The translations under genes and the position numbers were made by a program. This document shows positions 24,671 to 36,900 of a stretch of 53,153 bases of DNA, in pieces. Origin of the DNA: Octopus bimaculoides (lineage: Eukaryota); the NCBI RefSeq assembly GCF_001194135.2, contig NC_068993.1, positions 30,093,465 through 30,146,617 of the forward strand, given 5' to 3'. A model generated the notes under the pieces. It made no database searches. It worked only from the letters and a program-made list of their open reading frames with translations, and was not told the DNA's origin. Each line of letters begins with the position of its first letter. Position 1 is the first letter of the stretch.

Positions 24671-25513
24671 CAGGGTGCGGTGAATAAACTGTCGTCTAAA
24701 TTATGCAACAATGAAAATACCATTGACATCTCATTTTAACATATATTTACCAAAATTACATAAAAATATCTTGAAATACAAAAGAGTAAATTTATTCAAT
24801 AAAATTGCCATTGGCTTCAACCACGGCCTCCAGACGACTTCGGAAACTCCTGCAACTCTTCTGGACGGTCTCCTTGCCTTCAGTTTATCTTTGGTGTTAC
24901 AAGGAGTTTTGTTGGTCTTTTGCTCAACTGCACTCCACATATAATAAGAAAGGGGGTTGTTGTCTGGGACATTAGGTGGCCAGATGTTAGGGGTGATGTG
25001 GTCGCAGAAATTGTCTGACAACCATGACCGGGTTCTCCTGCTTGTGTGGAATGATGCAGAGTTCTGTTGCCAGACACAGGATCTTCCAGCTGCCACCTTC
25101 TTGACCCAAGGCAGCATTACCTCTCCCAGGCACTTGAGTTCAGTCTGAGGCCATGTGGGAAGGTAAATGGAGGCATAATGTTGCCATCACTAGTGATCAC
25201 TCCAAACATCATGATGTTGACTGGAATTTTGATTTTTAATACTCTCGGTACATGTCCTCAGATTGCACTGTCCTCAGATTGACGCCCAAACACTCTGAAA
25301 TATTCATATTGGAGCTTTTGGCGCGAATGCCAAGCAGTGCAGTATCTCGTTTCCAAATTTTTGGCAGAGTGAATTGTGCTATCATGCTGTTTTTCTAACA
25401 GACAGTGCCCAGCCGAACCTATTATACTGTGTAGTCAACAAAATCAAAAACAAATACTGCGCATGCGCGAAAATAAAAATATAAAATGGCGACACTTTAT
25501 CCATTGCACCCTG
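24671..25513 (-). mobile_element. Tc1/mariner remnant (DD37D/maT-like), both TIRs and TA target duplication
   Basis: TA|CAGGGTGCGGTGAATAAACTGTCG ... CGACACTTTATCCATTGCACCCTG|TA. Transposase C-terminus VWQQNSASFHTSRRTRSWL...WPPNVPDNNPLSYYMWSAVE. Confidence 0.9.
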
Positions 25514-25865
25514 TATATATATTCATACACACAAAGTTCATTTCTATGTATAATTCTATAGAAAAACACCCAAACAAACACTAAATTGAAGGATTATTCA
25601 ATATCTTTCGCAAGAGTATCATATTTTACTTTGGGCTTGTAAGGAAAAGGCTGACACTTCAAAATTTCTCCTAAGTAATAAAAAATTACTTTTGGTTTCC
25701 CAAGTCTTATATTTACTTTCATCTTTTGATTGAGATAATGCGGCGGCGGAGTAGGTGTGATATAATAGTGTATTTGTGGCATATAAAGAAATATCTTTAT
25801 GGATACCTTAACCGTGTGGGTGGAAGTAAAGAATTAGTTGAGAGAAAGAAGTAATGGGATGAGGA

Positions 25866-25926
25866 AATATAAAGTAATAGTAGTAGTGGTAGTAGTAGTA
25901 GTAGAGGCAGCAGCAGCAGTAGCAAC

Positions 25927-25961
<35 letters not shown>

Positions 25962-25982
25962 CAGTAGTAGTAGTAGTAGTAA
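25866..25982. repeat. (GTA)n/(GCA)n trinucleotide microsatellite
   Basis: Direct reading. Similar (CTA)n tracts at about 8925-8990 and 36495-36540. Confidence 0.9.
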
Positions 25983-26099
25983 TGGAAAGATGCAAACATT
26001 TTCGGTTGGTTGTAGACTGGAAGGGATGGTAAAGAAATTATTCTGTCTGAACAGTTAACAAAGCTTTGTTGAATGTAAGTAGCTTTGTCTAAGTTGATT

Positions 26100-26480
26100 A
26101 TATCAAGTGTTAGAAATTAGTGTTAGAAGTCCAATAAACTCAAGGAGATCAGTGACTTAGGTTCTTTATTGCTGAAAGGCCAAAGGACAAGCCTACAGTG
26201 TCTGAAACAAGTCTCAAAGCCTCTGGCAATCAAGTTCTCTAAAGTTAACTAGGGTCCTCTTCTCCAGAGCATATGTAGAAAATATTTTTATTTATGGAAC
26301 TGAAAACTAGACTACAAAGAAGGAGCTTCAAGATAGATTTGATGGTGCATACATCTGGCTTTGCATGAAGACTCAAAATATCCAACGGCATGAACACAAA
26401 AGTGAAAATTTATAGACATATTCCACCGATATGTGCTATTATTGCTTAACGTAGGATAGTCTTAGCAGGCGAGTATTATG
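26100..26480 (+). mobile_element. Old RTE-clade LINE C-terminal remnant (third family)
   Basis: TKKELQDRFDGAYIWLCMKTQNIQRHEH...IPPICAIIA*RRIVLAG (cf. L..+LDG.YTRMLR...W..H....LP.I....RR...AGH). Confidence 0.6.
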
Positions 26481-26976
26481 GAACTGAATAATGGGCCTTC
26501 TATCTTTCTGAACTTGTTTATTTTCTCCTACTTTCTGTTCCCATATGAAGTCGTCGTGGTCTTGCTTTACTTATCTGCAGCAGCCAGTTTTTCTAACTTA
26601 GAGAATGTAAAACTGTACTGTATGTTCTTAATTTCTCTCTTGTCGGTTTTTCTTCGAAGAAGGACACTGTCTTAAACATCGGATTTTCCATTTCTCACTG
26701 CAAGTCCACTATACACTTTTTATCGATTTTACAAACTAATAGGGGTTTTGCCGACACAAACCTACATCAGTCTCTTCAGAGTATTTCGATTATACATACA
26801 TACATGCACACATGCATGCCTGCACACACAAACAAACACACACACAACACACATAATGCATACATGTATTTATATATATATACACATACATCGCATATAT
26901 ATATATTTGTATATTCACATACATATATACATATATACATTTTATTTGTATATACACACATGCATACATACATACA

Positions 26977-27029
<53 letters not shown>

Positions 27030-27099
27030 GGCAAATGAAAGAGGGAAAATGGAATATACGAGAATCTATTGTTAATCAGGACAATTGTTTCGAGACATC

Positions 27100-30000
27100 T
27101 AGTATGCAAAGTCTAACCACCTTTTGTACATAGATCTTAGATCTATCATGACGTCAGATGTGGCTTTTTAAACCAGACAATGTATTGAAAAGACACCCAC
27201 ATAGATTGCATATCTGATTTGGACCACCAAGCGCTGCAGTTAAGTTCTGATCTTTGTGGATCTTGAAATGTCTTTTGAGGCCTCCGTTAGATTTGCAGAC
27301 CTTATGGCAACATGGAGTGAACAGATGTATAAGCAGAATAGTTGGTGGAGCTTCGTTTTTCATGAGTCCGCAAATGAGATTTGAGCCCAGCAAAAAAAAG
27401 GCATGATCTGTCACAGACTGCACACAAAACGGTCATTGTGATTCACTTTCACGATCGTAGCATTCTTCTTTAAATCTCTCTTGAGTCTTGCATTCGTTTT
27501 CCTGGCCTCTTCAAACGCTTTCACTTCACTCCACACTTTTGTTTGCCATCCAGCGCGATCCGAAGCAAGGGTTTCTATGTCCTCTAGATCCATTCCAATT
27601 GACTTCATGGTAGTCCTTACGCCGTCCTTAAACCTCTTTTTAGGTTTACACCGATAGCGTTTCTCCTCTGCAAGCTCACCATAAAACAAGCCAAAATCAC
27701 CACAAGCCGAGTCAAATGCAGATACAAGAGATTGCAGACCTGTTTCAGAACGACTGACTAGAGCTCCCTAATGAGTGAAGTAAAAACCTTCGTTTTGAAT
27801 TTCAGTCTGGTCAGATTAAAAACATTCCCTTTTGTTCGATAATTTATGTAAATACCCTCCGCAGAGTTTTGAGAAGCGTATGACAGTACAACAGCGAAGT
27901 ATATTGCAAAGAGGGTGAGTGCATTTACTCCATTTTCCATGGCAAAAGATTCAGAGAACCTACCACCAAAGTTAACTCTAGCGTTCATATCTTGATGCAA
28001 AGCCCTCATCATGTTTACAATTTTTTCTGGGCAACCTATTTTCCTTAAAATTAGCCACAGAGCATTTCGATTAAAAGTATCGAATGCTTTGCTCAAATCA
28101 ACAAAGCAATAGTATAGGACAAGATTCTGTTACATGCATTTTTTCCTGAAATTGTCTGATAGTAAAGATACAATAAAATGTACCCCATGGAGGAGCGAAA
28201 ACAGCATTGAGACTCAGACACCATATTTGGAACTATAAAAATATTTAAACGTTCAAACAGAATGCGAGCAAGTACCTTTCTAACTACAGACAAAAGCGAA
28301 ATCCCTAAAAGAATTACCATACAGATGCTTCGGCCTCAGTTTATACAAGGAGACTAAAATGGCATGAATCCAGTCTTGAGGCACTTTCTCAGTTCTCAAA
28401 CAGTGACAAATTAATATATATAAGAGTTTAAACATTTTGTCACCCCCATATTTCAAAACCTCTGCACAGATTCCATCAGACCCTAGAGACTTATTGTTAT
28501 TCAGCTTATTCACAGCTAAATAAATGTCGTTTAGAGTTGGTTGAAATGCCATCTCTCCTATAACTGGAAGGTTTTCGATTTTTTTCTATCATCCTCATGA
28601 CCCCGGATGATGGTCTATTCAAAAGTGCAGAAAAATGTTCTATCCAGTGCTTATGAATAGAATCGGTGTCAGTCAGAAGCAAATGTCCATTTGCTGTTCT
28701 CACTGGAGCTATTGAAGAAGATTTTGGGCCATATACCTCCTTAACACAAGAGTACAAACCCTTGCGGTCATTTCTATCAGCTGCTTCTTGCGCCCTTTTT
28801 GCTCTATAATTCCACCATTCCTGTTTAATTTTCCTTAGAGCAGGTTGCATTTTACCTTTCTACTTTCTGTAAGCTTCGTTTGAGTTGGAGTTCAAGGACT
28901 GAGAAAGAAGTGTATTGCCTAAGTTTTGTTCTTCTAAAAGTAGATCATGAATTTGTACTGATTTGTCTGAAAACCAGTCACTGAACCAGTCCTCAATAAT
29001 TGTGCTACAGTTTCATCAGAATGAGACATTGCTGGTAAGAAACCTGACGGTAAGAAACTTAACTTTTGTTAATTTTATACGGCATGACATGGTTCGTTCA
29101 GATACATCACTTGGAAATTCTTCAATGGAAGATACTAATGAATTCTTGAGAGCTAACCCAACACCAGATTCTTTACGCTGACTCTGAGGTAGGCCTCTCC
29201 AGAAAATAATATATCCATAAGTAGGTTCATTTATTTGGCCCTCACCAGAGAGACGAGTTTCAGAGAGCGCGACTATATCAAGAGAATATTTTTTAAGCTC
29301 ACATGCAATAAGTGCAGTACGCCTTTCTGGCCTCTTGTTGAAATTATCATCTAGAAGTGTGCGCACATTCCAACAGTCAAATTTCAGAGGTTGTTTATTT
29401 TACTTCTTCTTGAAGATTATTTGACTACAGTGGCAGGATGACGACCGGGCCCAGTCTGTGATACACTGGGACACCTGCCGAGCCAGACCTGTTCCCCTGA
29501 CGTTCCCAAGCTTTTTTGGCCATTTTCTGAATCTGTTTGAGAGATTTTAGCGTACCGTATTTTCCGGTCTATAAAACGCATCGGAATTTAAGCCGCAAGG
29601 CGGAATTTTGGGGAAAATGTTGGTTTTATCGACACATAAAGCGCACCGGTGTTTAAAAGACCTACCGAACTATGGGTCCACACCTAGCTTTTTTGTTGTT
29701 GACGTGTATGTAGTTTCAAAATGCCTTATTTTACAACTACGAGATGTATTATTGCTATGATTTTATCTTACTATAGTCAAACATATTTTGTCAATATTAA
29801 AGTCTTTATCAGATTAAAAATAACATTATCAAAACATGAAGGTAAAACAAAACAAATATACTTTGTTTTCTTCCGGGCACCAGTGTACTGTAGCAGTAGT
29901 CTTTCACGTTGTTTACCGACCGATCTTTTCTCTGAAAAAATCAGTGGAATCATTCGATCTCCATACACTAATTATTTTCCCTCTGAAACTTGTAAAAAAT

Positions 30001-30365
30001 ACACACATTATGCACACCTTTCTATAAGCCGCACACTTACCAGAAAATAGGGTAAGTTACAAGTGCATTTTTAGGTTTCTGTCAACCAATTCAATGATTT
30101 TACTAAGATTTGGTGTACAGAAAGTACCTGTGCAGATGAATAATTTTCGCCGGTGTGACATGAAAATTGACGAAACCGGAAACTTCCAAGGCTTCAGGTT
30201 TATTTTGGAAATTTTCTTCTCTCAGGTAGATTACCAAAGGTTAAAGAGCTTCTACCTGCCGATGAGGTAAGCTATCCTGTGCCAGACACCAAACCAATAC
30301 CCAAACGTTCTATAAAGTGATCAAATATCATTCCGGTGTCCGATAGGGAGTCGCTCATTCATGGA
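27100..30365 (-). mobile_element. Second copy of the RTE family at 4170-8160, with internal deletions and a MITE insertion
   Basis: Collinear with the plus copy from the 5' UTR (ATGAATGAGC.ACTC) to the zinc fingers. Deletions near 27700-27745 and 28985. Confidence 0.95.
29555..30052. mobile_element. Non-autonomous Tc2/pogo-like DNA transposon (MITE) inserted in the RTE
   Basis: TA|CCGTATTTTCCGG ... CCAGAAAATAGGG|TA with subterminal TATAA..CGCA motifs. The empty site is visible in the other RTE copy near 4545. Confidence 0.9.
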
Positions 30366-30462
30366 TTAAAAAAATGTAAGACGTGACTTAAAAATATAAA
30401 TAGGATTTAAATATAAATAATATATATAAAAGTAAAAATACACGCGCGCGCGCACACACACA

Positions 30463-30510
<48 letters not shown>

Positions 30511-30750
30511 CTCACATATAAGAATATATAAGAAAATGATATATACATATTTACATATATTTGTTGGATGGCCATTGACTGCAGGGTGTCCAACAATCAC
30601 TCTCCTCACCAAGCAAGTCAGATGGAATTGCCACTTTAGTCGCCGACGATCCGACCATGCAACAGGTTGTACTGGATTATATGTCACCAGTAACACTCAA
30701 GAGCGACCCGTATGTATGTATGTATGTATGTATGTATGTATGTATGTATA

Positions 30751-31013
30751 TATTGTGTCTAGGGAAAGTCATTCTCTTTTAGTGCCTTATTACCTAACAC
30801 ACTGACCGGTTCAATTTTCACTCCTTTACTTATTTATTTTCTCTAAAATTTTCGTTGCGTCTTGCAACCTTTTCAATGTGTTGACTATTGAAAAGGTTGC
30901 AAGACGCAACGAAAATTTTAGGAAAAATAGATAAGTAAATGAATGGAAATCGACTCGATGAGGGTGTTAAGTAATAAGCCACTAAAAGAGAATGACTCTC
31001 TCCAGACAGAATA
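30751..31013. repeat. 263-bp palindromic element with a perfect 35-bp central stem
   Basis: 30843-30877 is the exact reverse complement of 30887-30921 (9-nt loop). Outer arms pair imperfectly out to TATTGTGTCT/AGACAGAATA. Confidence 0.95.
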
Positions 31014-31129
31014 AAATATGCTTCAGTACATGAATTCGCATAAAGAATCTTGCAAACCAAATACAAAAACGATATATGTATATATATATATATGATAGAT
31101 TCTTTTAGGTTCAGCAGAATAAAGCTTTA

Positions 31130-32700
31130 ATCATGTTCTATTAACACGAATGTGTCTCTTGAGGCCTGCCGGTACATTGCAGGCCTTTTGGCAAATGGAA
31201 CAAGTTGAGGACTCAGTTTGCTTGAGTGCTAGTGGATCTTTTACTATATGCTTTCCTTGACTGGACGGCTAGGCTTGCTTTGTTTCGTGCCACAAAACCA
31301 CAATGATAGGTAAGGTTTCCATTTCGAGGAGCAGTGTTTTGCTAGCGTGCCTTCATGCTTGCACAAAGTTCATCCCGGCGTTGGAGTCGACTTTGCTCAA
31401 ACCTTTGAACTGAGGAGAAACTGGATTGGTGCCAGGTCCTGCGTTCTGATGCTTTGTTTTCCCAGAGTGAAAAGGGAATGTTGCATCGCTTCAGATTGTC
31501 TTTTAATTAGCCTTTGAAGCGCAAGAGTAGTCTTCTAACTGACCTTCCTGTTGGGAATTGGCCAAAGAGAAGTTGTTTCGGAATTCTAATATCACTCATA
31601 CATGAAAGCTGACCTGACTGTCTGAGCTGTATTTTGATGAGGATGGCTATAATGGCTAATATGTTGCATTTTGTAAGTACCTCACTGTTATGAATATGGT
31701 CACTCAGTTTTATGTTGGAGATAGTACGCAAGCATCGCATATGAAAAGCGTCAAGCTGGTTGGTGTGCTTTCAGTACGAAGTCCAAGATTTAGCACCATA
31801 AAGCAATGTTGTTAAGACCATATATTAACTTTCACCTTCAACAATACGTCGTAGCTGTTGCAAAGCCTGTGATAAAGCTTACTGAAAGCGGAGCATCGAT
31901 CTTCGCATCATTTGACACAATGGAACCAAGATAAGTGAAGGAGGAAACAGTTTTAATGCTTTCCCGTCAACATATACAGTAGAGGCAACAGCGGGAAGAT
32001 AGTCACGAATGGGCTGCTGAACAAGTTCAGTTTTCTTGATACTGATGGTCAGACCAAGAATCTTTGATGCACGTGAGAAGTTGTTTAAAACCCATTGCAT
32101 CTCCTCAAGAGTGTGTGCTACAAGTGCACAATCGTCTGCAAAGAGCAAATCTCGAACTGTTTGCACCAAAGTCTTAGTTTTTGCTTTGAAACACTGCTGG
32201 TTGAACAAACCATCACCAGTTCTGTGCTCATATCGTACTCCTTCTTTAACACCCTTGAACGCTGTTTCCAACATGACGGAGAAATACAAAGCAAATAAGA
32301 GCGGTGCAAGAACACAGCCTTGTTTTGTCCCATTTGAGACAGTAAGTGAATCGGACACTTCCCTGCTAGATCTGACAGAAGCCATCGTCTTTTGATGGAA
32401 AGAAATGATGACATGGAGCATCTTTTCTTGAACACCTAACTTTCTAAGATCAACCCAAAGACCATCTCTAGATACAGTGTCGAAAGTTTTAGTTAGATCT
32501 ACAAAAGTGACAAAAAGGTTTCGGTTGTGCTCACGAGCCTTTTCCTGCAGCTGCCTTGGGCTAAAAATCATATCCACCGTGCCTCTACCAGCCCGAAATC
32601 CACACTGAGATTCAGGCAACACTAAGCTGGCAAGGACATTTTTTAGTTTATTTAAGATAACCTTTCCAAGGATCTACCCAGCAACACACAAAAGGGAGAC
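31130..32700 (-). mobile_element. 5'-truncated RTE/BovB-like LINE (RT plus C-terminal zinc-finger remnants)
   Basis: LPESQCGFRAGRGTVDMIF, FVDLTKTFDTVSR, KQGCVLAPLLF, LLFADDCALVA; terminal CSICQKACNVPAGLKRHIR. Confidence 0.95.
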
Positions 32701-33700
32701 ACCTCTATGGTTGTCACATTCAGATTTGTGACCTTTGTGCTTATAAAAATGGACAATAGATATATATTGGGGCAACAGAACTCACTTTCAGAAAGCGTTA
32801 TCACAAGCACAAACATTCATTTGCCAGCTCTGGTAGAAAATGTGCTATGGTTTTGTATAAACTTATATAGTTCTTGCGCGAGACAAATCCTCATGAATTC
32901 AAAATTACATGGTATCTTATAGATAGTGTGCAACCGTACAGGAACAGGAGCTTGAAACCAAAGATGCAGTGTGACCACTGAGCGAAAATTTCAGAATTTT
33001 GACTCAAAGTAGTAATTGTTTGAATAAAAGAATTGAGCTGTTAACGTCTTATACCACGTGGTTAAGTATCTTTTTTGTAAATACAAGCCTTCTTGAATTT
33101 CGTTCTGGTTCAGAAAAAAGTGTTGGTTTTGAAATGTTTAATAAATAGGCTTTATTGATAGATGTTTTGATATGTGTAGATACGTGTCTGTGTGTGAGTA
33201 TGTATCTATATATATATATATGTATATGTAAATATGAATACATGATTCTGAGTAAATATGTGTCCACATGTGTATATGCATGCCTATTCAAAAGCGTATG
33301 CAAAATAAACACCTACATACCCATTCATTGTTTTAAAAAAAACATTAATTGAAAAGATTATTTTAAAGTATTACTTTGAGACATTGTTTAAACAGTAATG
33401 TATTTTCCTCTCTTCGCCTGTGTGGAGTTTGTAATAATATTACCTCGAAAACCAGAAGAAAATCAAAAGCCTGAGCTTGAAGCAACATTTTTAGCACATG
33501 TTCACAGAGGTTTAAAAGAATATGCGTTTACTTTAAACTTTTACTTCATATTTCAAAAATTATTCAGACAGTGGATATTTCGAAAGTAAACCAGGCTTGA
33601 TTTACCAGCTGATGACTGAAAGCAAGTGGCTCTCGGTACTGGAAACTGCAGCCTGTCAATTGTAATGTATTAAAGAATACTCTACATTTGTACGAGTCTC
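32700..33700 (+). mobile_element. PLE 3' end (GIY-YIG, Hydra-like type) with pLTR and decayed HHR at 33606-33655
   Basis: YIGATELTFRKRYHKHKHSF...ITWYLIDSVQPY...CLNKRIELL; CAG-CTGATGA(33609-33615)...GAAAC(33642-33646)TGCAG. Confidence 0.75.
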
Positions 33701-33725
33701 GTAATTAATCGCTTTTAGTGAATCA

Positions 33726-33768
<43 letters not shown>

Positions 33769-34918
33769 NNNNNNNNNNNNNNNNNNNNNNNNNNNNNNNN
33801 NNNNNNNNNNNNNNNNNNNNNNNNNNNNNNNNNNNNNNNNNNNNNNNNNNNNNNNNNNNNNNNNNNNNNNNNNNNNNNNNNNNNNNNNNNNNNNNNNNNN
33901 NNNNNNNNNNNNNNNNNNNNNNNNNNNNNNNNNNNNNNNNNNNNNNNNNNNNNNNNNNNNNNNNNNNNNNNNNNNNNNNNNNNNNNNNNNNNNNNNNNNN
34001 NNNNNNNNNNNNNNNNNNNNNNNNNNNNNNNNNNNNNNNNNNNNNNNNNNNNNNNNNNNNNNNNNNNNNNNNNNNNNNNNNNNNNNNNNNNNNNNNNNNN
34101 NNNNNNNNNNNNNNNNNNNNNNNNNNNNNNNNNNNNNNNNNNNNNNNNNNNNNNNNNNNNNNNNNNNNNNNNNNNNNNNNNNNNNNNNNNNNNNNNNNNN
34201 NNNNNNNNNNNNNNNNNNNNNNNNNNNNNNNNNNNNNNNNNNNNNNNNNNNNNNNNNNNNNNNNNNNNNNNNNNNNNNNNNNNNNNNNNNNNNNNNNNNN
34301 NNNNNNNNNNNNNNNNNNNNNNNNNNNNNNNNNNNNNNNNNNNNNNNNNNNNNNNNNNNNNNNNNNNNNNNNNNNNNNNNNNNNNNNNNNNNNNNNNNNN
34401 NNNNNNNNNNNNNNNNNNNNNNNNNNNNNNNNNNNNNNNNNNNNNNNNNNNNNNNNNNNNNNNNNNNNNNNNNNNTATATATATATATATATATGTATAT
34501 GGGGTGGGGTATCAAAGGTTTCTGTAGGAAATCAAAAGTAAAAGAAAGCGCTCTATATAGTCTAGCTGAATGTTATTGTGATCGCTTGGCTTAATGATAT
34601 TCCCGAGAAAAATAAGGCGTAGTTTACACACAAAATAGTCTTTTCGTAAATAACATCAGAATTAAAGGATGGAGGTCATGGTTGGAATGTTTCCTCCATT
34701 AGAGCTGTCCTGCAGTTAAACAATATCAACATTTTAAAAAATTGCGGTAAAAGTTGTGTTAATGATGAGTACCCGGCCAGACTGGACAAAGGCAAAATGA
34801 ACAAACCTGAAGGTCAGCGTTGGTAAAAAAAAATGAGGAGATGGAGATGATACAGCTTTTTAATCTTTCACAAATTCAATGTTTCTTTACAAGAAAAATA
34901 TACGATACAAGCGTATCG

Positions 34919-34970
<52 letters not shown>

Positions 34971-35012
34971 NNNNNNNNNNNNNNNNNNNNNNNNNNNNNN
35001 NNNNNNNNNNNN

Positions 35013-35058
<46 letters not shown>

Positions 35059-35339
35059 CACGATCGTGTGTCTGTGTATGTATATGTGCACATATACAGA
35101 CACACTTCATATATATTTACATATACAGACAGCGTGCGCACGCACACACTTGCACACGCATAGACAAAGATAAATAGATAATCGTGTGAGTAAAAAAATT
35201 CTTGATTCAAAGACCAAAAAAGTTGAAAGGACTCTACTAAGTAAAGAAAACTGTGGAGCGACTAGTTATGTGTCATAGCTTTTATGTTTGAGTAATGAAA
35301 CTTCGCTTTCATTAAATTCAGTAGCTTATTTCTGATACT

Positions 35340-35680
35340 TCCTTTTATCACCATTGAAAAGATGAAAGGCAAAGTTGGCCTAAAAAGGACTTGAACTCAG
35401 AGCGTAAGAACCGAAAAGTTATTGCAAGCATCTTAGATGACGCTCCAATTATTTCACCAATTAACCACACTTTAACATTTACTTTTAATCTAGGCACAAG
35501 ACGACAAATATTAGTGGGAACTACTAGTCATTTAAAGTGATCTCCGTGTTTAACTCTTATTTTATTTCAACGACTCTGAAGAGATGTAAAACAAAGGCGA
35601 TCCCGCTAGATTTGAACTCATAGCATTAAGAACCGAAGCAAATACCACACGATACTTTGTCCAGTGCTTTTACAATCTGA
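35340..35680 (-). mobile_element. Two degenerate copies of the SINE family at 35886-36099
   Basis: AAAAGATGAAAGGCAAAGTTG.CC..GGACTTGAACTCAG and GAGATGTAAAACAAAGGCGA..GATTTGAACTCA. Confidence 0.6.
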
Positions 35681-35885
35681 CCGGGATTATAAACTGGTTT
35701 GTCAAAGATGGCAGCAAAATCCTCAAATCACACGCTACTTTTGGAGACGACGGGTGATGTGATCCTGAGTTCTAGACACAATTAGAGATGCCACGGCTTG
35801 ATTACCTCTGGTCATAGGTTAACTTAATCTGGCTGATCGAGGAATAAGCAATACATACTAACCATCAACACCCATTTAATAATAA

Positions 35886-36099
35886 TCCTTTCTACAACAG
35901 ACACAAGGTCTGAAATCTTTGGGGAGGGGGACTAGTCGATTACCTAGATCCCAGTGTTTCACTGGTACTTAATTTATAGACCTCGAAAGGATGAAAGGTA
36001 AAGTCGACCTCGGCGGAATTTGAACTCAAAACGTTGCGATGGGTGAAATACCGGTAAGCGTTTCGTCCAGCGTGCTAACGATCCTGCCAGCTCGCTGCC
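35886..36099 (-). mobile_element. tRNA-headed SINE (GGCAGCGAGCTGGCAG head)
   Basis: Reverse complement GGCAGCGAGCTGGCAGGATCGTTAGCACGC...GAGTTCAAATTCCGCCGAGGTCGAC carries a B-box-like GTTCAAAT. Confidence 0.8.
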
Positions 36100-36506
36100 T
36101 TTTTTAATATTAATTATTAAAATAATGATAATATTAGTATTATTGATTATAACACCAACACCAGCAATGCCGATATGAGCAATAATAAGCTATGTTAATA
36201 TAAGCAACAAGAGCAAGAACAGTAACAATCGCAGCAACATAAAACCATAGAAACAACATTAATAACAGGAGTGGTAAACAAAGAAAAACGGAAACGAAAA
36301 GACCAAGAGAAAAGCGTAAATATAAGAATGGAGAAGGCTATTTAGATAGTGATGATGATGAGATGATGATGATGATGATCAAACGTTTAGAATTGGCCTC
36401 CTCTTCCTCTCTTTGAAATAACAGCATCGCTAAAATATCCAGGAATTTATCCACTACTAAAACGTCAATGACACCTTTCGATGCTGTGTGACTTCTACTA
36501 CTACTA

Positions 36507-36541
<35 letters not shown>

Positions 36542-36720
36542 CTTATTGCTGCTAGTGATGCAACAGGCAATGACTTTGTATGAAAAACTGCTGCAACTGC
36601 TCCTGTCATTGTTAGAGTTATGGTTGCAGCATGGATAAAAAAGATTTGAGTGAAACGAGATGCGAAATAGCGTTAGGTATAGTTGATACAATGCATACGA
36701 TATTCACATTATATAGGATT

Positions 36721-36872
36721 GGCTGTGTGGTAAAAAGCTTGCTTCCCAACCACATGGTTCCGGGTTCAGTCCCACTCTGTGGCACTTTGGGCAAGGCGTC
36801 TTCTACTATAGCCTTGAGCCGACCAAAGCCTTGTGAGTGGATTTGGTTGACAGAAACTGAAAGAAGCCCGTT
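36721..36872 (+). mobile_element. SINE 5' half (GGCTGTGTGGTAA head)
   Basis: A-box-like GGCTGTGTGG, B-box-like GGTTCAGTCC, body GCCGACCAAAGCCTTGTGAGTGGATTTGG. Confidence 0.85.
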
Positions 36873-36900
36873 ATATATATATATAAATGTATGTGGGAGT

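Noticed and set aside
25570-25800. Possible PLE RT motif (DISLYATNTLL) on the minus strand
   Set aside because: A single weak motif with no neighbouring RT motifs in any frame.
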